Below, in pieces: positions 1 to 13,284 of a stretch of DNA of 64,000 nucleotides. The stretch lies in contig CAJINV010000001.1 in assembly GCA_905178155.1 (NCBI GenBank), forward strand, positions 8,755,642 to 8,819,641. Direction: 5' to 3'. Below the pieces are notes generated by a model. That model was not told where the DNA came from, did not search any database, and worked only from the letters and a program-made list of their open reading frames with translations. Position numbers and translations under genes: made by a program. The stretch's first letter is position 1, and each line of letters starts with the position of its first letter. Source of the stretch: Amoebophrya sp. A120 (lineage: Eukaryota > Protista > Dinoflagellata).

Positions 1-516
1 GGGGCCAGCGCGACCCTTCTTGCCGGGGGTGCAGTTGGTATCAGCGACGGCAACAACGGTGGCGGAAAGAACACGTCAGGGACGCGGAAGCAGTTGAAGA
101 AATCTGTGACTGTTTACGGAGCGTCTTCCTCCTCGTCTTCAAGCAATTACAATGCACTTTTTTCGGCGCCAAGAAACAATGTGCCAAGAAACATTAATCA
201 CGCCAGCGACGGCCCGGAGGCCGCCGTGATTAGTAGTGTTCATACGAGGTGGTCGGACCACTTGCAGGATGAGCACCAGGTGGAGCAAGGCAGGGCTCAT
301 ATTGGCGGTGAATCAGGAGGTCTACTTCACAATCCCGCCAAAAGCACGACAGGATCTGCGCAGGAAGTAGTTGGGGACCATTCCAACAATTTTGGAGCTG
401 CTCCGTTCATCCCGCAACGAACTAGTATGCTGAGCAAAGAACACGATCTGAAGGGAGTTCGAATCGAACCGAACGAGAACTCGAACTGCAGCTCGCCGGC
501 CGACTATCCTGAATGA
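1..516 (+). CDS. Low-complexity coding segment open from the window start; probably an upstream exon of the FZR1 gene or the end of a preceding gene
   Basis: Frame open from 1 to 516, S/G/N-rich like the N-terminal part of the 647..2587 ORF; no recognisable domain. Confidence 0.35.
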   Translation, partial: GASATLLAGGAVGISDGNNGGGKNTSGTRKQLKKSVTVYGASSSSSSSNYNALFSAPRNNVPRNINHASDGPEAAVISSVHTRWSDHLQDEHQVEQGRAHIGGESGGLLHNPAKSTTGSAQEVVGDHSNNFGAAPFIPQRTSMLSKEHDLKGVRIEPNENSNCSSPADYPE

Positions 517-628
517 AATCACCATCACCTGTTCTTCCCCGCAATTTGGAATGGTGCAGAACATCTTGCGAGATGTTGTACTTCGTAGCTTGTGATGTAT
601 CTTTCTAACTATGCATGTTCGTTTGTAG

Positions 629-3600
629 GAGCACATACAAATCCAATTGTTCGTACGGGGTGAGCAGTCTGATTTTGCACAGGATGCCGCGCACAACACA
701 AAGATGAACGAGGTTGGTGTGATGGTTGGCTGTGGTCCAGCAACTTCGTCTTCTTCAGCCGGCCATCATCACACGGCGGGAGGCGGGTCCTCGTCTGCTG
801 GTGGTACAACAGGAGGCCAGCCATCTCATCGACAGCATCACGGAAATAAAAGTACCAACATTTCGACGATGAACACAGTTTCCTCGTCCACCGCGGCCGA
901 GCAGAGCACAAGGTGCTGCACGCGTGGCGGTGCGATGTCCCCGCTGCTGCTTGAGGAGATGAGAAGCCCCGCCGCGAATCGCCTCGATTGGTCGTCGACG
1001 CGGAAAAACTTGCAGTCGGGGTTCAAAAACGCCAACAACGCCACGACCAGCGCAAGAAACAATCACTCGAACACGGGCTTACTACACGCATCCTCCTCCA
1101 GTGGCAAGAAACGCAGCAAGAAGACGGGCGGTGGAGGACAACAGAATTACCAGAAGATGGGAATGAACAATAATGATAATCCGTACTTTTCTGCGGTGTT
1201 TGGCACACCCAACGGCTCGGCGGGAACTGGAACTGGTACGGCGACCCAGAATGGAAGAGGTGGTCTGGGGACAAATAAAATCAATGCAGCGACTGGGATG
1301 CTGTCAACGGTGAACGAGGATCAGCAGCTTCTCAACCATAGCGCGGTTTTCCTCGAAGATGGTGCAGCACATCATCATCGAGGCAACCACCAGGTAGAAG
1401 AACCCAACCAGTTCTCCCCGGTCCGACCACTTCAGTTCGAGCAGATTCCACGATCGGACGATGAGTCCGTGTCCCTGTCTGCACAAGAACGTCAAGCTGG
1501 TGGAGCGGGGCGAAACAAAAGTCGGAGGTCATCACAGGGTGACGCAGCAGATCGAGACTACTTTCGGAAGATTAAAGATAGAGGCTCCTATTCCTACGGC
1601 GGAAGCAGTAGCTCGAGTGCGCGCATTTGGTTTTCGCCAGGACAACGCGGAGATGAAGGAGGTTCCTCAGGTGCAAAGAAGGTGGAGCTTGAAGATTTTG
1701 GCAGTGCTGTATTTCACGACCGGAAGCAGCAAGAACACAATGAACTACACACAGCAGCTCGTGCCAATGCAAAACCTATGGGGGACAGCGAACATGATTT
1801 CCTGAGAAGGAAGCCAAAGGCAGCCTGGGAAGACCAGTTCTTGAATGGCAATGGCGTAGCACAAGGGACACAGCGGGGAGATGATCAGTTAGCAAGAACA
1901 GCTTCCCAACACTCCACTTCGCAATCGCGGGCAGTGTCTGCCACTGCAAGTCAACATCAACAGCACGCTGAGGCAGCAGACAACTTGCAACGAACAACCT
2001 CGGCGCCCAGTGCGAAAACCAAAAAGACAGTCTCCATCAAGCTCCCAGACGAACTGTACCGCAGCGCCCTCAACCCGGCGAAGCCACCTTTGCATGCGCA
2101 GCAGCCGAATTTTTCCGATCGGTTCATCCCCAGCCGGCGAGAGACGGATTTGCGTACTGGGCTTCTTGTGATGGACGAGCAAGTAGATAGCAATCAGAAC
2201 AGCCACCAACCCACGCAGGCGCTAGACAGTGCGCAGGACGAGAACACGCGGGCGTACACAAATCTCTTAAAGTCCGAGCTACTCGGTCTTCCGCAGGCGC
2301 AATCTTGCTTGACCGGAGACTACGGTCCGGTCAGTAACGTGAACCCGTCGGAACTGCCAGGGAACCTGTTCAAATTCAAATCAGCTCCGCAATTGCGCTG
2401 TGACGACGCTTTCTCGCTGTCCACGGTCCTCTTTCACACCGACACGTCGCAGGCCGCACCGCGGAAGCCGCCACGCAAGATTGCGAAAGTACGGAATTTG
2501 TTCTTGGAATGTGGTTCATCTTTTTTCAACAGTGCTGCTACATACAAGTTTTCTACTCAGCGAGCAGGCCAAAGCCCACAGGCCTGAACGGTTGTAAAAA
2601 GCATTAGCATTCTTAGACTCGTGGTCGTGAGAAATTATTAAGCTCGAACATGACAGGTTCCGTACAAGGTTCTCGATGCCCCGCAACTTCAGGACGATTT
2701 TTATCTAAACCTTGTGGACTGGTCCTCGACCAACTGTCTTTCCGTCGGGTTGTCGAATTGCGTGTACCTTTGGTCCGCTTGCACCTCCCGAGTCACCAAA
2801 CTGTGCGAACAGCAAGGAGATTCCGTGACCAGCGTTTCCTGGACGCAGCGCGGTACCCATCTCGCGGTCGGCACGAACCGCGGGGAGGTTCAGATCTGGG
2901 ACGTCGGTGCGGGTAGGAAGCTGCGAACGATGGGCGGGCACAAGGGGCGCGTTGGAAGTATGGCCTGGAACGGGTACGTGCTGTCTACCGGCTCACGGGA
3001 CCACCAAATTTTACATCGCGACGTGAGGCAGCAGGTAGTACTGATTTCATCTGTGAGATTCATATTCAATGAAAAATGTGTAATTCTTGGTGCAGTATAC
3101 GGAGATGCGATTCCGATTCATGGGCGCCATCTTGATCTGATGATCATTAATGAAGCATATATCGAACAACAGGTTCATTACATGGCCCGTCTGCATATCA
3201 CAGGAAAAAGTGTTAACGTTGACGGAATTTGTGACGCAGCAATGCATCACAAAACATGCCAAAATTTGTAATGCATAGTAGGCATATTGGGCTACATTTG
3301 TGATGCATAACTGCAATCTGTGAAAACCGTTAACGTTAACACTTTTTCTTGCGATACTGCAAGGACACAAGCAGGAGGTTTGCGGGCTGAAATGGAGTTT
3401 TGACGACGGCCAGCTCGCCTCCGGTGGCAACGACAACAAGCTACTCATTTGGAACCTCCGGAGTACCAGTCCCGTTTTGAAGTTCACGGAGCATCAGGCC
3501 GCGGTGAAAGCCCTGGCCTGGAGCCCGCACCAGCACGGCCTGCTCTGCAGCGGAGGCGGGACCGCGGACCGGTGCATTCGCTTCTGGAACACCGTCAACA

Positions 3601-4113
3601 ACACGAATCTGAGCAGCATCGACACAGGAAGTCAGGTACAACTTACGTACGTAGTAGAGGAGCTTTCTTTCGAACAAATAAAGGGAGGAGTGGCAGCTTC
3701 TCGTGAAGATGTTCCATGCAAATAATGCGAGAAAACTACGTCCTCGACTACATGTACTTATCGCTATCCATACGATTTTTGCGAAGTGAAGATCCATCTT
3801 CTACTATGTACAACGCAAAAGTGCTCAGGTCTGCAACCTTTCCTGGAGCACTTCGGTGAACGAGATTGTGTCTACGCATGGGTATTCGCTGAATCAAATC
3901 ATCGTCTGGAAGTACCCGAGCATGCGGAAAGTCGTGACCCTGACCGGCCACACCTACCGCGTCCTGTACCTCGCGCTGTCCCCGGATGGGCAGTCCATCG
4001 TAACCGGGGCGGGAGACGAAACGCTGCGGTTCTGGAATGTGTTTCCGGGCAGTTCGGGCCGCAGCAACGGCAATCAATTGCTGTCGCTGCCCTTTTCTAC
4101 AACGATTAGGTAA
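629..4113 (+). CDS. FZR1: APC/C coactivator Cdh1/Fizzy-related (Cdc20 family WD40 protein); 5' end uncertain
   Basis: C-box [12 protein letters not shown]|[81 protein letters not shown] and a C-terminal IR tail (TTIR*). Modelled introns: 2489-2656, 3035-3172, introner 3196-3361, 3636-3828. Confidence 0.93.
3196..3356. mobile_element. Introner family B (TIR element acting as a non-canonical intron), 161 bp, TSD CTGCA
   Basis: TIR tatcacaggaaaaagtgttaacgttgacgg / ccgttaacgttaacactttttcttgcgata (27/30); CTGCA at 3191-3195 and 3357-3361. Removal gives [19 protein letters not shown], the expected WD40 repeat. Confidence 0.93.
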
Positions 4114-5633
4114 TGATTGCACTCTTCTTCTTTGTAGCGCTCTGTCTTGAAATTAAACGTGGCTGCTGGTGCATGAGGGACAAAGTAGCGAGTCCTCAGG
4201 AGAGGTCTCCATCGCGTTCATTTTTCTTCAACATCAACAAAAAACAAAATTTAGACGTAGAATGAAGCACTAGCGCGCATTTTTCCCCTCGTGAGCAGAA
4301 TTAAGCACTTTTCTAGGTTCACGCAGGTGGAGGTACTAACAAAAATCCCAAGAAACGAAAATTTTGCTAGCTACAAGTAGTACAGCAACAAGCTACCACC
4401 TTTGAAGATTTTTTCAGTAAATTCACTCGAATCTTTGTTCCAAAATTGATCAATGTCTTCTGTACATTTTTTACGAAGATGCCACCTCTGACCGAGACCG
4501 ACCTAACGCTCTCAACTGACTGCATCTAAACATAGAGATGCTAGTCGGCACTCTCGAGTAACTCGCGAGTCTTCAGAGTGTCAGCAGCTTTCACTTTTTC
4601 GATTTTAGTTTATTTTTCAGTTTTCTGCTTTCGCTTTGTATTTGTTTCACTTTGTTTCGTCAATGGATACCTGTACCTCCCTGTACACCTCATTTTCTGG
4701 AGGAAGTGTCACTTGGAACCAACCCTTGTAAGAAAAAATCGCCTCGACGGCACCACCGTATAGCTTGTACCGAATTTCATTGCGCGTACCTTTTTTTGCA
4801 ATTTGTGAGCCACACCACGTCATTTTTGCGAAGGTTTTGGTATGTTTCAGCAATTGAAAACTAGTCTCCGGTGAAAATTAACGGTCGCTGTTTGTGTCAT
4901 TGTCTATTGTCATTTGAGCAACCTCGCATTCGCTGCCCGGAGACAAATGAGAGCGCAGGCTTTTTTCATGGCTTGAGTTTGCTTCTGTGGCAGCATGCGA
5001 GTCTATATACAAAGTTTGATTTTTCTTTCTGTACAATCTCAATAAAATCTTTCACTCAACGACGTAAAACAAACTTGTACCAAAAGATTCTTGACGTTGC
5101 TATTAGCGACGGCTTCAAATAAGGCACATTTTCCTGCTGTACATCAAATAGAAATATTCTCTTAGTGGCATGGTTAGGGACGGCCCTACTAGAACCAGAA
5201 TCCTTCTTGTGTTCTGCCATGAGAACAAATTGGCGCGGCCAGCAGCGGAGTGATATCTACCCACGAGGTCATCATGCACGTTTCTGTTGCGCATGGGATA
5301 AGTAGTATTTCTTGAGCAAAAAATAAAGCGTGACGTTCTACTGCGGCGCGCTGCTAGAAATCGAATCCTCACAACTTCGGATGTGGTCTTCGGAGTGGCC
5401 GCGGAGGGGTAGTCAGCCACCACAGCTTTCATTGGTCCTTGTTATGCCGTTTAACCATTTCTAATGAGAATGTAGCTAAACGTGTGTTAGAAGGAAAGAC
5501 CCACAGCAAGATGGCACAATTGCGACACAAGTGGAGATGCCGATGGACGTGACTTGAGAAGTCAAGTCGTGTTTATCTTCGTTCATCTTCGGGGTTCCGG
5601 TTCATCTCGCACGGCCAAAGTAGAACGGCAGTC

Positions 5634-8600
5634 ATGGTGGACTTCTTTTTCACATCTTCTAGCGGGGAGCGGCTCCCTCACCGGGGCCGCCGAGCCACCA
5701 GGGTCGTCGGTCGGGGACGCAATTCGACCTGCACTGCAGCGCTTTTTCTTTACGGTGCGATGCAATTGCAAGTGCAAGTAGGCCTTGCTCGCCGCATCCA
5801 GGTGGGAATCCTGAAAGACGAGAAGCACCCGCACCACTTAGACCTTGCGGCCATTGAAGCAGAGAGGAAACTTGACGAGGCGCTGAACGCTTTGGAACAC
5901 AAAATGGATGTCGTTCCAAACATATCAAATGTAAAAATGTCTGGGTCTGGAAGAATGCAACTTGTGATGCTGCGTCTGCATTAACCAAAAATCTGTATTG
6001 CATGAACAGGAAAAGAGGTCTGGTTTTGGCCCCGGCGAGGAGAGGGCATTTCTCATGCGGTATAGGCATCAAAAAGCCCTCACAAGATCTGTGATGCTAG
6101 GGCATGCATCGCAGACATCAGGAGTCACGCAAAATGTGCATGACAAACCTAACCTTGCATCCTTCCACACCCAGACATTTTTACATTTGATAGAACAAGG
6201 AATTCAAGCACGACCTGATTTTGCCCGACAACGCAATGGGCGGCAACAAACAGGACGGAGCTGCTGCTGCTGCTGCCACCTCGTATTTTGGACATGCGGC
6301 CTCCCAGGAAAGCTCCCTAGCGCAGACGGATGTCAAAGCTGGAGCTGCGGGAGAAGAAACGGCCGAGGATCGACAAGGTGCGTTCTTCCGGGAGATGGAA
6401 CAAAGATTCGGGCCCGTCGTGCAAGAAGAAGCCATTTACGGAGGACCACCGGATCCGCTGGAAAAAAAGAAATCGTCCTTGGAACAATCAAAACCGATCA
6501 AGCCCCATGATCAGCAACAGACTAGTGTCGGTACTAAAAGCGATGATCCCACACCCACTTCTTCAACAAGTAGAACACAACCAGCAACCGACGAGCAGGA
6601 GTCATTCACCAGTTTTGTGCAAACAAGTATGACCTTGCCGGCCGTGACGCAGATGCTGGCGGAATCTTTGCTTCCGAAAGTGCAACAAGCGGTGTTGGAC
6701 CAGGTTCAGCAGAGTCCATCGCTACAAAGGCAGGTCGCGGAGGAGCAGCAGGAGCGTGAGCGATATGTCGAACAGGAACGTGCATTACCGCTGTCTTCGG
6801 AAGCGGTGTTGCGACAGGATGCCGGAAGAGACAGGGATGAAGAGCAGGGAGATACAACTGTTCCGGAAGGTCATGACACACAGCTGCTGCAAGAATTTCA
6901 GGATGGGCGCAGCTTTTATACGAGTGAACTTGGACAACCGCCAGGGCCAGCACGAGGACCTGGTAGCGGTGCACAAATAGCTTCGGAACGAGAGGACCTG
7001 TACCAGATTTTCCTTCTTTTCCTTTCGTACTATGAAGGTTAAGGTTTCTTTTTCATTTTCTTCAACGACTCCTGTGTGCGTAAAATGTGGTCTCTTGTCG
7101 CGGATGACTGGATAAAGATTAAGATTTCATGCTGCTCTTCACCTTAGCCCAATATGAACATCCTTCACCTGAATCTCAGGCAAAAGGATTGCACATACAA
7201 CATCTATACACCTCATCAGCTCTTCGTCGTTCCCAGACAAAAGCACAACGGCATCAGCATCTACTGCTTCGAATTCGTACCCGGAGCTCCAGAAGATGGC
7301 AAGACCACTCTCTTACCAGCAAGCACCCCCTGAAGACATCGAGGCGAAGGCTGCGCGGCTCGACCAAGCTCTCGCAGACGTGATACGAAGTATGAAAAGG
7401 CCGCCCTCAGTGCCGCAGCAAATGCAAACTGAAGAGCAGCAGCTGGACATGGACTACAGCAGCGTCTACGGAACGACCAGTCGCGATGAACAAGATGAAG
7501 GTAGTAGGACAAGAGGTCTCGACATCGACTCAGCACCACAAGCGGACGTCGAGGACTCTTACGCCGCTTTGGCAAGAGACTCACGCATGGCGGATCCCCA
7601 CCAATCGATTAGCTTAGTTGAGAATAGAAACAGTCGGGCATTGGAAGAGGTTGTTCCTTCCTCTCCTCCAACACCAACGGTGCATCCGCGCCAGAAACTG
7701 AAAGTACAACACGCTGCCGACAATAGGCAGCTACCATTACGCGAGCACGGGCGCATGGACACGACCATGAACATGATCAATAAAAAACAAACGAGCGACG
7801 TCGCACGTCGGGAGAGCGTCACACAGAAGCGAGCGGAGTTGATCGACAGAATTCTGACAAACCAAAAGAAGACGCCGATCAAGAGCGTCGCAAGCAAAGT
7901 GGTTGCTGCAAGAAAAAAGAACATGAGTAGAACAAGGAGCCCTCCAGTGTCTGCCCCTGTGGCCGCTCCAGGGGAGGTTGCGGCAGCGCCTCAAAGAAGT
8001 TCCGGACAAAAAGAGCAAGTAGCTCTTAGTACCGGGCCGGAACATACCGAATACATGGGCGCGTTGCAGCCGGCGTCTTTCGGCTTATCGCGCGAGGGAG
8101 AAGAACACGATGCGCCACCGGCAGCACAAGCAGCTGCAAGTTCGCCGATGAACATTCCTCCCAGCACCTTGTTGGGCACCACTGACGCTTTCTCAAAAGT
8201 AACGCAGTCCCCTGCATCATCCTCTGCCGCGAGTCCTGCTGGCGCAGCTGCACCAAATCCTTTGTATAGCTCATCTACTGCGTCCGCCAACGGTTTTGTT
8301 CCCCCTCCTCTACCTCCGCCTCCCCCAGCCATGCCCTCTTCCATGATTCCCCCGAGCGACAATGTTCTGGGAGCCATCCCCGTACTGACAAACGTCGCAC
8401 ATGAAGCAGTCGCTGGAGTGATGTCTCCGACACTTCCATCCCCGATCGCAACCCCTGCTCCGGCTGCCACCGGAACAATGTCCCCGGCGTTGCAAGTGCT
8501 GGATGAGCAAATTCGGGAGCAAGAGAAGAAATACTTCGCGGGAATGGAGGCGCAAGAAAAGGCCGACGGCACCGGTAGTGTCGCTGACGCAGTGGAGAAC

Positions 8601-11600
8601 CTGGCCGCCGCACTAGCAAAGGATCGGCAAAATTCGAATGTCGACCCCGAGCTGTTGGAGAAGACAGAGCAGACCTTGAAAAGCTTGGAAAAAGTGTTCC
8701 GGCAGCGCGCCGTCGCAGGTGAAGGAGCTGGGGGTGGTGCATCAGTTGCACCTTTGTCTGCCGCAGATGCTGTTGCTCCAACAAGTGTATTTGCAGCTGG
8801 TAGCACGACTCCGCCCGCTCACTCTGCAGCCGCAGCGGCCCCCGCGCCTGCAGCTCCTCCAGCTCTTGTTCCAGCAGCTGCGCCAGCAGTAGTTGCCCCG
8901 GCTGCTACTGCTTCCTTTGCGCCTTCAGCTCCGACCGGCGTCACCGCAGCGTCCTCTTCTCTTCTGGAGACGCAGAGAGCAACTTCGACGTCAGCCTCCG
9001 CGGATGATAATGGATTCGTGCCACCATTGCAGCAAGTGCCAACTACGGACGAGATGAAGAAGAACTTCGCCGGTTTGGCGGACAGCATGATGCTGATGGA
9101 GACGGGTAGGCGGACGATTTCCGGCATTTCGGCGGATGAAAAAGAAGAAACAACGCACAAATTAGTTTCTGAGCGGACCCTAACCTCATCCGAAAAAAAG
9201 CTCTTTGACGAGACGCACGCCATGACCATGGCGCAGCCACATCCGAAGCAGCAACCGAAAAGTGTGGAGGCCCGGCGCACGCCCGACAAAGACGAGGAGA
9301 GCGAAAATTCTTCAAAAGATCAGCCGGATGTGAATTTGAACCAGAAGAGGAAGTCTGAACAACCAACTGAACCCCACCGGAACACGGGAGATGACGCAGC
9401 GCAAAACGCAAAAGGATTCGAGAAGCCGAAGGAGAGAAAAATCCCGCCCCCGGGGTCCCAGCCCATCGAGCACCCGGTCGGACCTGCGACCAACCCGCAC
9501 GTCTACATCCCGCCCTCTCCGGCGCCGGACGTCACGATTGCGAACAAGGAGTCCCTGCAATCCTTCCTCGATCACAGCATGGAGGTGAGAAACAATGCGG
9601 CGTCCGCCACGGAAAAAGCGATGCAGGCTCCGGTGATGGTGGAGGCACAGCGGACGGGCCAGCAGAAAAAAGGCAAAGCCTTGGTCGTGTCGTTAAAGGA
9701 GCAGAAGAACCCGATCGACCCAAAGCTTCCCCACGAGGACAAGGCGAATTTGAGTGTGAAGATCACCGATGAAAATAAGGAGCAGGACGGTTCGTTAATC
9801 AACAAGAACAAGCAGGGTGCAGGGGGTTCCAGTACTGCGGCGCAGGTTCTGGACACGATCACCAAGACTATTTCGGATATCGGGAGCTACATTTCTGGCT
9901 CAGGCGATAAAAATGCTAAGGAGGCCGGTAGTAAGGTGAAAGTGAGCAAAAAGCTAGAGATGAACGTAGTGGAGAAGCCGCAAAAGCTATCAAAGACAAA
10001 AGCCGAGCTATCTGTCAACGTCCCCGATGAAGGAGAAAAAAAGAATGTGGGCGACGGTGTAGCAGCGCTCGCGAAGAAAAAAGAGGACGTGGAGGAAGAA
10101 AAGAAAGAAAACAAACTCAAGACGACCACCAAAATTACGTTCTCACTTCCGGACCAGCACAGCGCTGAAGCAGGTAGTTCCTCATCGCCTGGTGAAGATA
10201 CAGCCGCAACAAGTCTGGCGGCAGCATCGACAGCGGTTGCCGAAGACGCCGGAACAACTGCAGCGGAAAGCAAGTCAGACACGGCCGTCGACGCTTCGAA
10301 ACTTCCGGGCGGCATGCCACCGCCTCCGTACGACAAAGCACTGTTCGAGCGGCAGAAAAAGCAAATCGAGCAGATGCGCGTGATCAAAGACAATCCGAGC
10401 ACGCCTTTGAACCCCGGACCGGGGAATGGAAACCCGAGCTCGTTCGCGCAGAAAGACATGGAAGTGGTGCGCGGAAAGATGGGACAGTACATGAAAGACG
10501 AGTACTCCAAGCTCCAGCAGAGCATGCTCCAGAACTTTGACGCCTTCGCGGCCAAGCAACAGGACAAGATTGAGGCCCTGGAAGCGGAACTGGCGAAGGA
10601 AAAGGCGGCGCAGAAGCTCTCCCACAGCGCAGCGGACCGTCCGGTGACGGCGCCGCCGGCTCTGTCGCTCTTGGAGATCGACTCTTCGAAGGACAAGAAG
10701 GACAAAAGAGATGGTGGCAAGAGTGCAATAAAAACCACCGTGACGATCGATAAAGCTGTGGACAAAGAGAAGAAGCCAGAAAAAAAGGACAAGGACGCCG
10801 AACGAGATGCAGATTTGGAGAAGCACGCCAAGGTGAGGGAGCACCGTCATAAAAACATAGAACCTTCTTTTGGCGGTATCCATGCTGATTTGCATGCAGC
10901 TGTTGTTTGAGGTTGTCTATTTCACTTTCACATGATGTGATTCGATTGACTTTGTTGACCACATGATATCCGACACAACAGACCAACAGCCAGCTGACGA
11001 ACGAGTTGGCCGCCGAAGCCGCTGCGATCGGCGACATAATCGACAAGAAGCCCGCGGGCGCGGCAGTAGCGGCGCCGCCAACGGCCAGACCAACCAGCGC
11101 CTCTGCCATGCCAGAAAAGCCAGACGCGGGTGGTGCGGCGGCGGCGGTGCCCCCGGCAGTTGCTACCTCTTTGACCGCCGAGAAACAGAAGGACGACGTA
11201 GCTGCGGCAGCACCTCCGACACCGGCCAAGGTGGAAGTGGAAGTGGAACAGTCCCCGGCGGACAAGCGGGAAGACCTGGCGAACTTTTTGCACAGCAAAA
11301 CCGGGTCGCAGCAGACCCCTACGGAGTCGATGGTGACCGCCGCCGCGGCGAAGGCGTCCGCGGTCGAGGCCGCGGAGTCGGGAACGCAGAAGTCCGAGGC
11401 AGCTGCGGCCCAGGCCGAACTTGTAGGCGCCGACCAGGCGGTCGGCATGGCGCTGGAGCAGGGACCACCGCCCCAGTCGGCCGAGGTGAAGATGACGCAA
11501 AGCGACCCGTTTTCACCGCACTACCACTTGGAAAACGAGGGGGCGGACGTGGTTATTTCGGGAACCATGAAAGTGGAAGTGATTAACGTAGAAGCGTTTT

Positions 11601-13284
11601 TGGCCAATCAGCAAACAGAACTCGCCGTCGCCACGCTGATGCAGGACCTCTTCCAGAGTCCGCTGTACGACTTGAAAATCAAATTGGAACAGCAGGTGCC
11701 CCAGACTGCGGCGTCAAACGCGACAGCGGCAGTGCCCTTTTTCTTGCAGCAGGTACTTATTTCAGTACGACGTTCTTTGCATAGTAACGTGAAGCCTGCT
11801 AACAAGCCACGATCTACATACGTGCGCGTTGGGGTAAACACGATCCTCGAGTGCGTGTTGTACGAATAGGAGTCGATTGCTTTTCCGTCTTTTTCTCTGC
11901 ACAGTCCTCCTTCTTGCTTCATACTAGTCCTACCTCTCCCGGAGCAAGAAAGAAAAATCTTTTCCCAGGACGCAACGAGCATTCACCATTCGGTAACCAG
12001 CGTAGCGGAGAACAAAGGACAGCCGCTTTACTTGCCGATGTTTGACACCTCGGCCGCAGACCGGGCTCGTGGCCGCGCCACAGCAACGAGTTTCGTCCAG
12101 ACCGGCATGGTATCAACTGTAAAAATGTCTGGGTCTGGAAGACTCATGCTGTTTTTGCATGACACAGAAAGTCTGGCATGGAAGCTCTAGCATCACAGGT
12201 TTCGAGAAGCGTTTGCAATGCCGAATCCGCATGACAAATCCCCCATTTTGGTGATAGAAAGTGGAAACTTTTTGCTGCCTATGCATGTTGAGAGATTTTT
12301 CTGTGATCTGAAATGCGCATCACAAGTTTGTATTCTCCAGACCCAGACATTTTCTACTTTTGATACATGGGTAAAAAGAAGGCGGATACGGTACCGGCAA
12401 ACATTCTGTTCGAGTTCCGCGTGAAGAAAGTACCCATGCAAATTCAACAACTGTTGCAGACCGGGGACATTGCGTCTAAGTGGGATACCATGCGCGGCGT
12501 GGGGGGCATTGACCAGGTGGTTGATGTGAACATCAAAGTGCACGAAAATTGGGCCACCTGGAACCAAACCGTTTTCTTGCCGATCGGGTAAGTACTTTAC
12601 TTGCTACTTGATTTTTTTGTGCTTGTCATGCTAGAAAACGTCTCGACGGACTACTACTCTCTCGAGACGTTTTTTAGCATGACGCTTGGTCAAAGACCGT
12701 CACCGTCTTTCATGACACGGAACTTTTTTTTCCATCCATTGTCACAAAACTGAATGAAAATTTGATGACGAGCTTGAGCAGATTATAACGGGCATGCTAC
12801 CAACATCAATCTAAACAGCCCTGCCTCCTACTCCGACTTCACCAAGGACATCGGGCTCGAGTGGCGCCCCCGCGTGTGCCCGACGCCGAACTTCGACCCT
12901 GCCACCATCTACAGCAAGCAGCAGTGTCTCGATTGCGTCGTTGATTTCTTCCAGACCGCGTACTTTTGCGGCTCGGAGCAAACCTGCCAGGGTTTGTGGA
13001 CGGAGTGCGCGGTGGACTGTCAGCAAAATCCCGCCTGCAAGGCTTTCAACTACAACGGACGCCTCTGTCGGCACGTGATCCCGAAAGATCCCGCGGACAC
13101 CACCTTCACACTGATGGGCGACGGACTGACGCAGTGCGGAACGGCCGACGCGCCCGTGATCGCACAGGGGTGCATGAACTGGTGCACCAAAGCGCCCCCG
13201 ATACCTGCGACGGCGGCAGGAGGTGTGGGACTGCTGCAAACCGCTTTCAGAAAAGCAATTTCCAAAGCCTACAACATTCGATAA
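5634..13284 (+). CDS. Very large (~2,095 aa) putative secreted/surface protein: A/P/S/K/E low-complexity body with a C-terminal Cys-rich PAN/Apple-like domain
   Basis: Exons 5634-5922, 6198-6999, 7220-10832, 10994-11752, 11969-12110, 12371-12587 and 12819-13284 join in frame (6,288 nt). Hydrophobic stretch near the N-terminus; CAVDCQQNPACKAFNYNGRLC near the C-terminus. Confidence 0.7.
5923..6192 (+). mobile_element. Introner family A, copy 1, 270 bp, TSD AAACA/GAACA
   Basis: TIR tatcaaatgtaaaaatgtctgggtctggaag / cttccacacccagacatttttacatttgata (30/31). Removal gives VVPNKEFKHDLILPDNAM in frame. Confidence 0.92.
12111..12365 (-). mobile_element. Introner family A, copy 2, 255 bp, TSD CATGG, reversed relative to the other copies
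   Basis: Family-A TIRs; CATGG at 12106-12110 and 12366-12370; the interior matches other copies only as reverse complement. Removal gives SFVQTGMGKKKADT. Confidence 0.9.

Noticed and set aside
5923-6192. Recurrent short ORF peptides such as KCKNVWVW and FQTQTFLHLI in the ORF track
   Set aside because: Translations of family-A TIRs, not a protein family.
7991-11448. Long minus-strand ORFs (7991..8806, 9887..10831, 10384..11448)
   Set aside because: Antisense shadows of the low-complexity + strand gene; no domain signal.
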